Below, piece by piece: positions 34,863-35,574 of a DNA stretch of 35,574 nucleotides. The stretch comes from Anaerolineae bacterium (GTDB lineage: Bacteria > Chloroflexota > Anaerolineae > Aggregatilineales > UBA3940). Both the position numbers and the translations under genes were made by a program. A model generated the notes under the pieces. That model worked only from the letters and a program-made list of their open reading frames with translations, was not told the DNA's origin and ran no database searches. The DNA lies in NCBI GenBank assembly GCA_016927375.1, contig JAFGMS010000139.1, forward strand, positions 1 through 35,574, given 5' to 3'. The first letter of the stretch is position 1; each line of letters starts with the position of its first letter.

Positions 34863-35339
34863 ATGGCAAATGGCACATACCCTATGACTAAAGGCATGCT
34901 CGAGGAACTGCGTGCCGAGCTTGAACATAAGATAGAGGTTGAACGCCCAGCTATGGCAGCTCGTCTCAAAACTGCTATAGAGATGGGGGATTTATCTGAA
35001 AATGCCGAGTACCTGTCGGCCAAGGAAGATCAAGGCTTTCTTGAAGGCCGCATACAGGAATTACAACGCACAATCAGAGGCGCAGAGATCATAGATGAGA
35101 GCAAGACAAATGACACACATACTGTCCGGCTGGGCAGCCGGGTGACGGTAGTTGAAGACGGTGAGGGTGAAGCCGAAACTTTTCGGATCGTTGGGCAGGT
35201 TGAAGCCAATCCGTTAGAGGGTAGGATCTCACAGGATTCGCCTGTTGGGCAGGCGCTGGTGGGATGTAAAGTTGGTGATGTCGTGCAAGTTCAGGCGCCT
35301 GCGGGTAAAATGACATTCAAGATTGTTGAGATTGCCTGA
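34863..35339 (+). CDS. greA: Transcription elongation factor GreA
   Basis: GDLSENAEY, ISQDSPVGQAL. Confidence 0.96.
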   Translation: MANGTYPMTKGMLEELRAELEHKIEVERPAMAARLKTAIEMGDLSENAEYLSAKEDQGFLEGRIQELQRTIRGAEIIDESKTNDTHTVRLGSRVTVVEDGEGEAETFRIVGQVEANPLEGRISQDSPVGQALVGCKVGDVVQVQAPAGKMTFKIVEIA

Positions 35340-35434
35340 TGATTTTGATATGGGTGTGTTTCATTTGAGTTGAGCATAAGCTCCCCGGGCCCAGAGCAAT
35401 TGGTATCTGTTCCCGTCAAGAATGTACCCTGCCC

Positions 35435-35574
35435 GATTTCCTACAAAGGACTTCTCGGTTTCCAGTAAGGAATGAGCTGGTTTCCTATAAGGATTGGATC
35501 GGCTTCCTATGAGGATTTACTCCAGATCCTATGGGATTTGTGCCGTTTCCTATCAGGATTCGAAGCGTTTCCTA
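35435..35574. repeat. 22-bp-period tandem array with palindromic core TCC-N5-GGA and variable linkers (runs off window end)
   Basis: TCC cores at 35439, 35461, 35483, 35505, 35527, 35548, 35570 (spacing 22,22,22,22,21,22). Confidence 0.85.

Noticed and set aside
35435-35574. CRISPR or TIGR array interpretation
   Set aside because: Linkers are only about 7-8 nt, one repeat type is seen rather than alternating edge/loop repeats, and no Cas or Nop-domain gene is visible; kept as an unclassified array.

Overview
Bacterial chromosomal window. Gene content and protein style (GAF kinases, LAC lipoprotein, TPR-like/Yip1-like membrane protein, S16 with acidic tail) suggest Chloroflexota/Anaerolineae; this is inference. 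The coding backbone is mostly housekeeping: a response regulator and two GAF histidine kinases, a YfcE-type phosphoesterase, a lipoprotein, an LPG-synthase/flippase-like protein plus FAD oxidoreductase, tRNA-Gly(CCC), a three-gene acyl-CoA carboxylase, an S9 peptidase, nth, mobA, fhs, an aldo/keto reductase, rho, a nitrilase-fold protein, ltaE, a CPBP-like protein, der, and ffh-rpsP-khpA-rimM-greA. No intact transposase, integrase, cas or RT gene is visible. The unusual signal is intergenic: (1) tandem arrays with 21-22 bp period built on short palindromic cores with variable linkers (15843-16115, 16452-16533, 35435-end); (2) degenerate 7-bp arrays at several gene junctions; (3) three non-autonomous element families, namely a 173-bp MITE with 12-bp TIRs and an 8-bp TSD, a ~200-bp TIR element, and a ~210-bp hairpin-rich element in two copies (one truncating a vapC relic, one in the ltaE leader); (4) REP/REPIN-like palindromes. 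The nitrilase-fold protein lacks its catalytic Cys. All alignments were done by eye.
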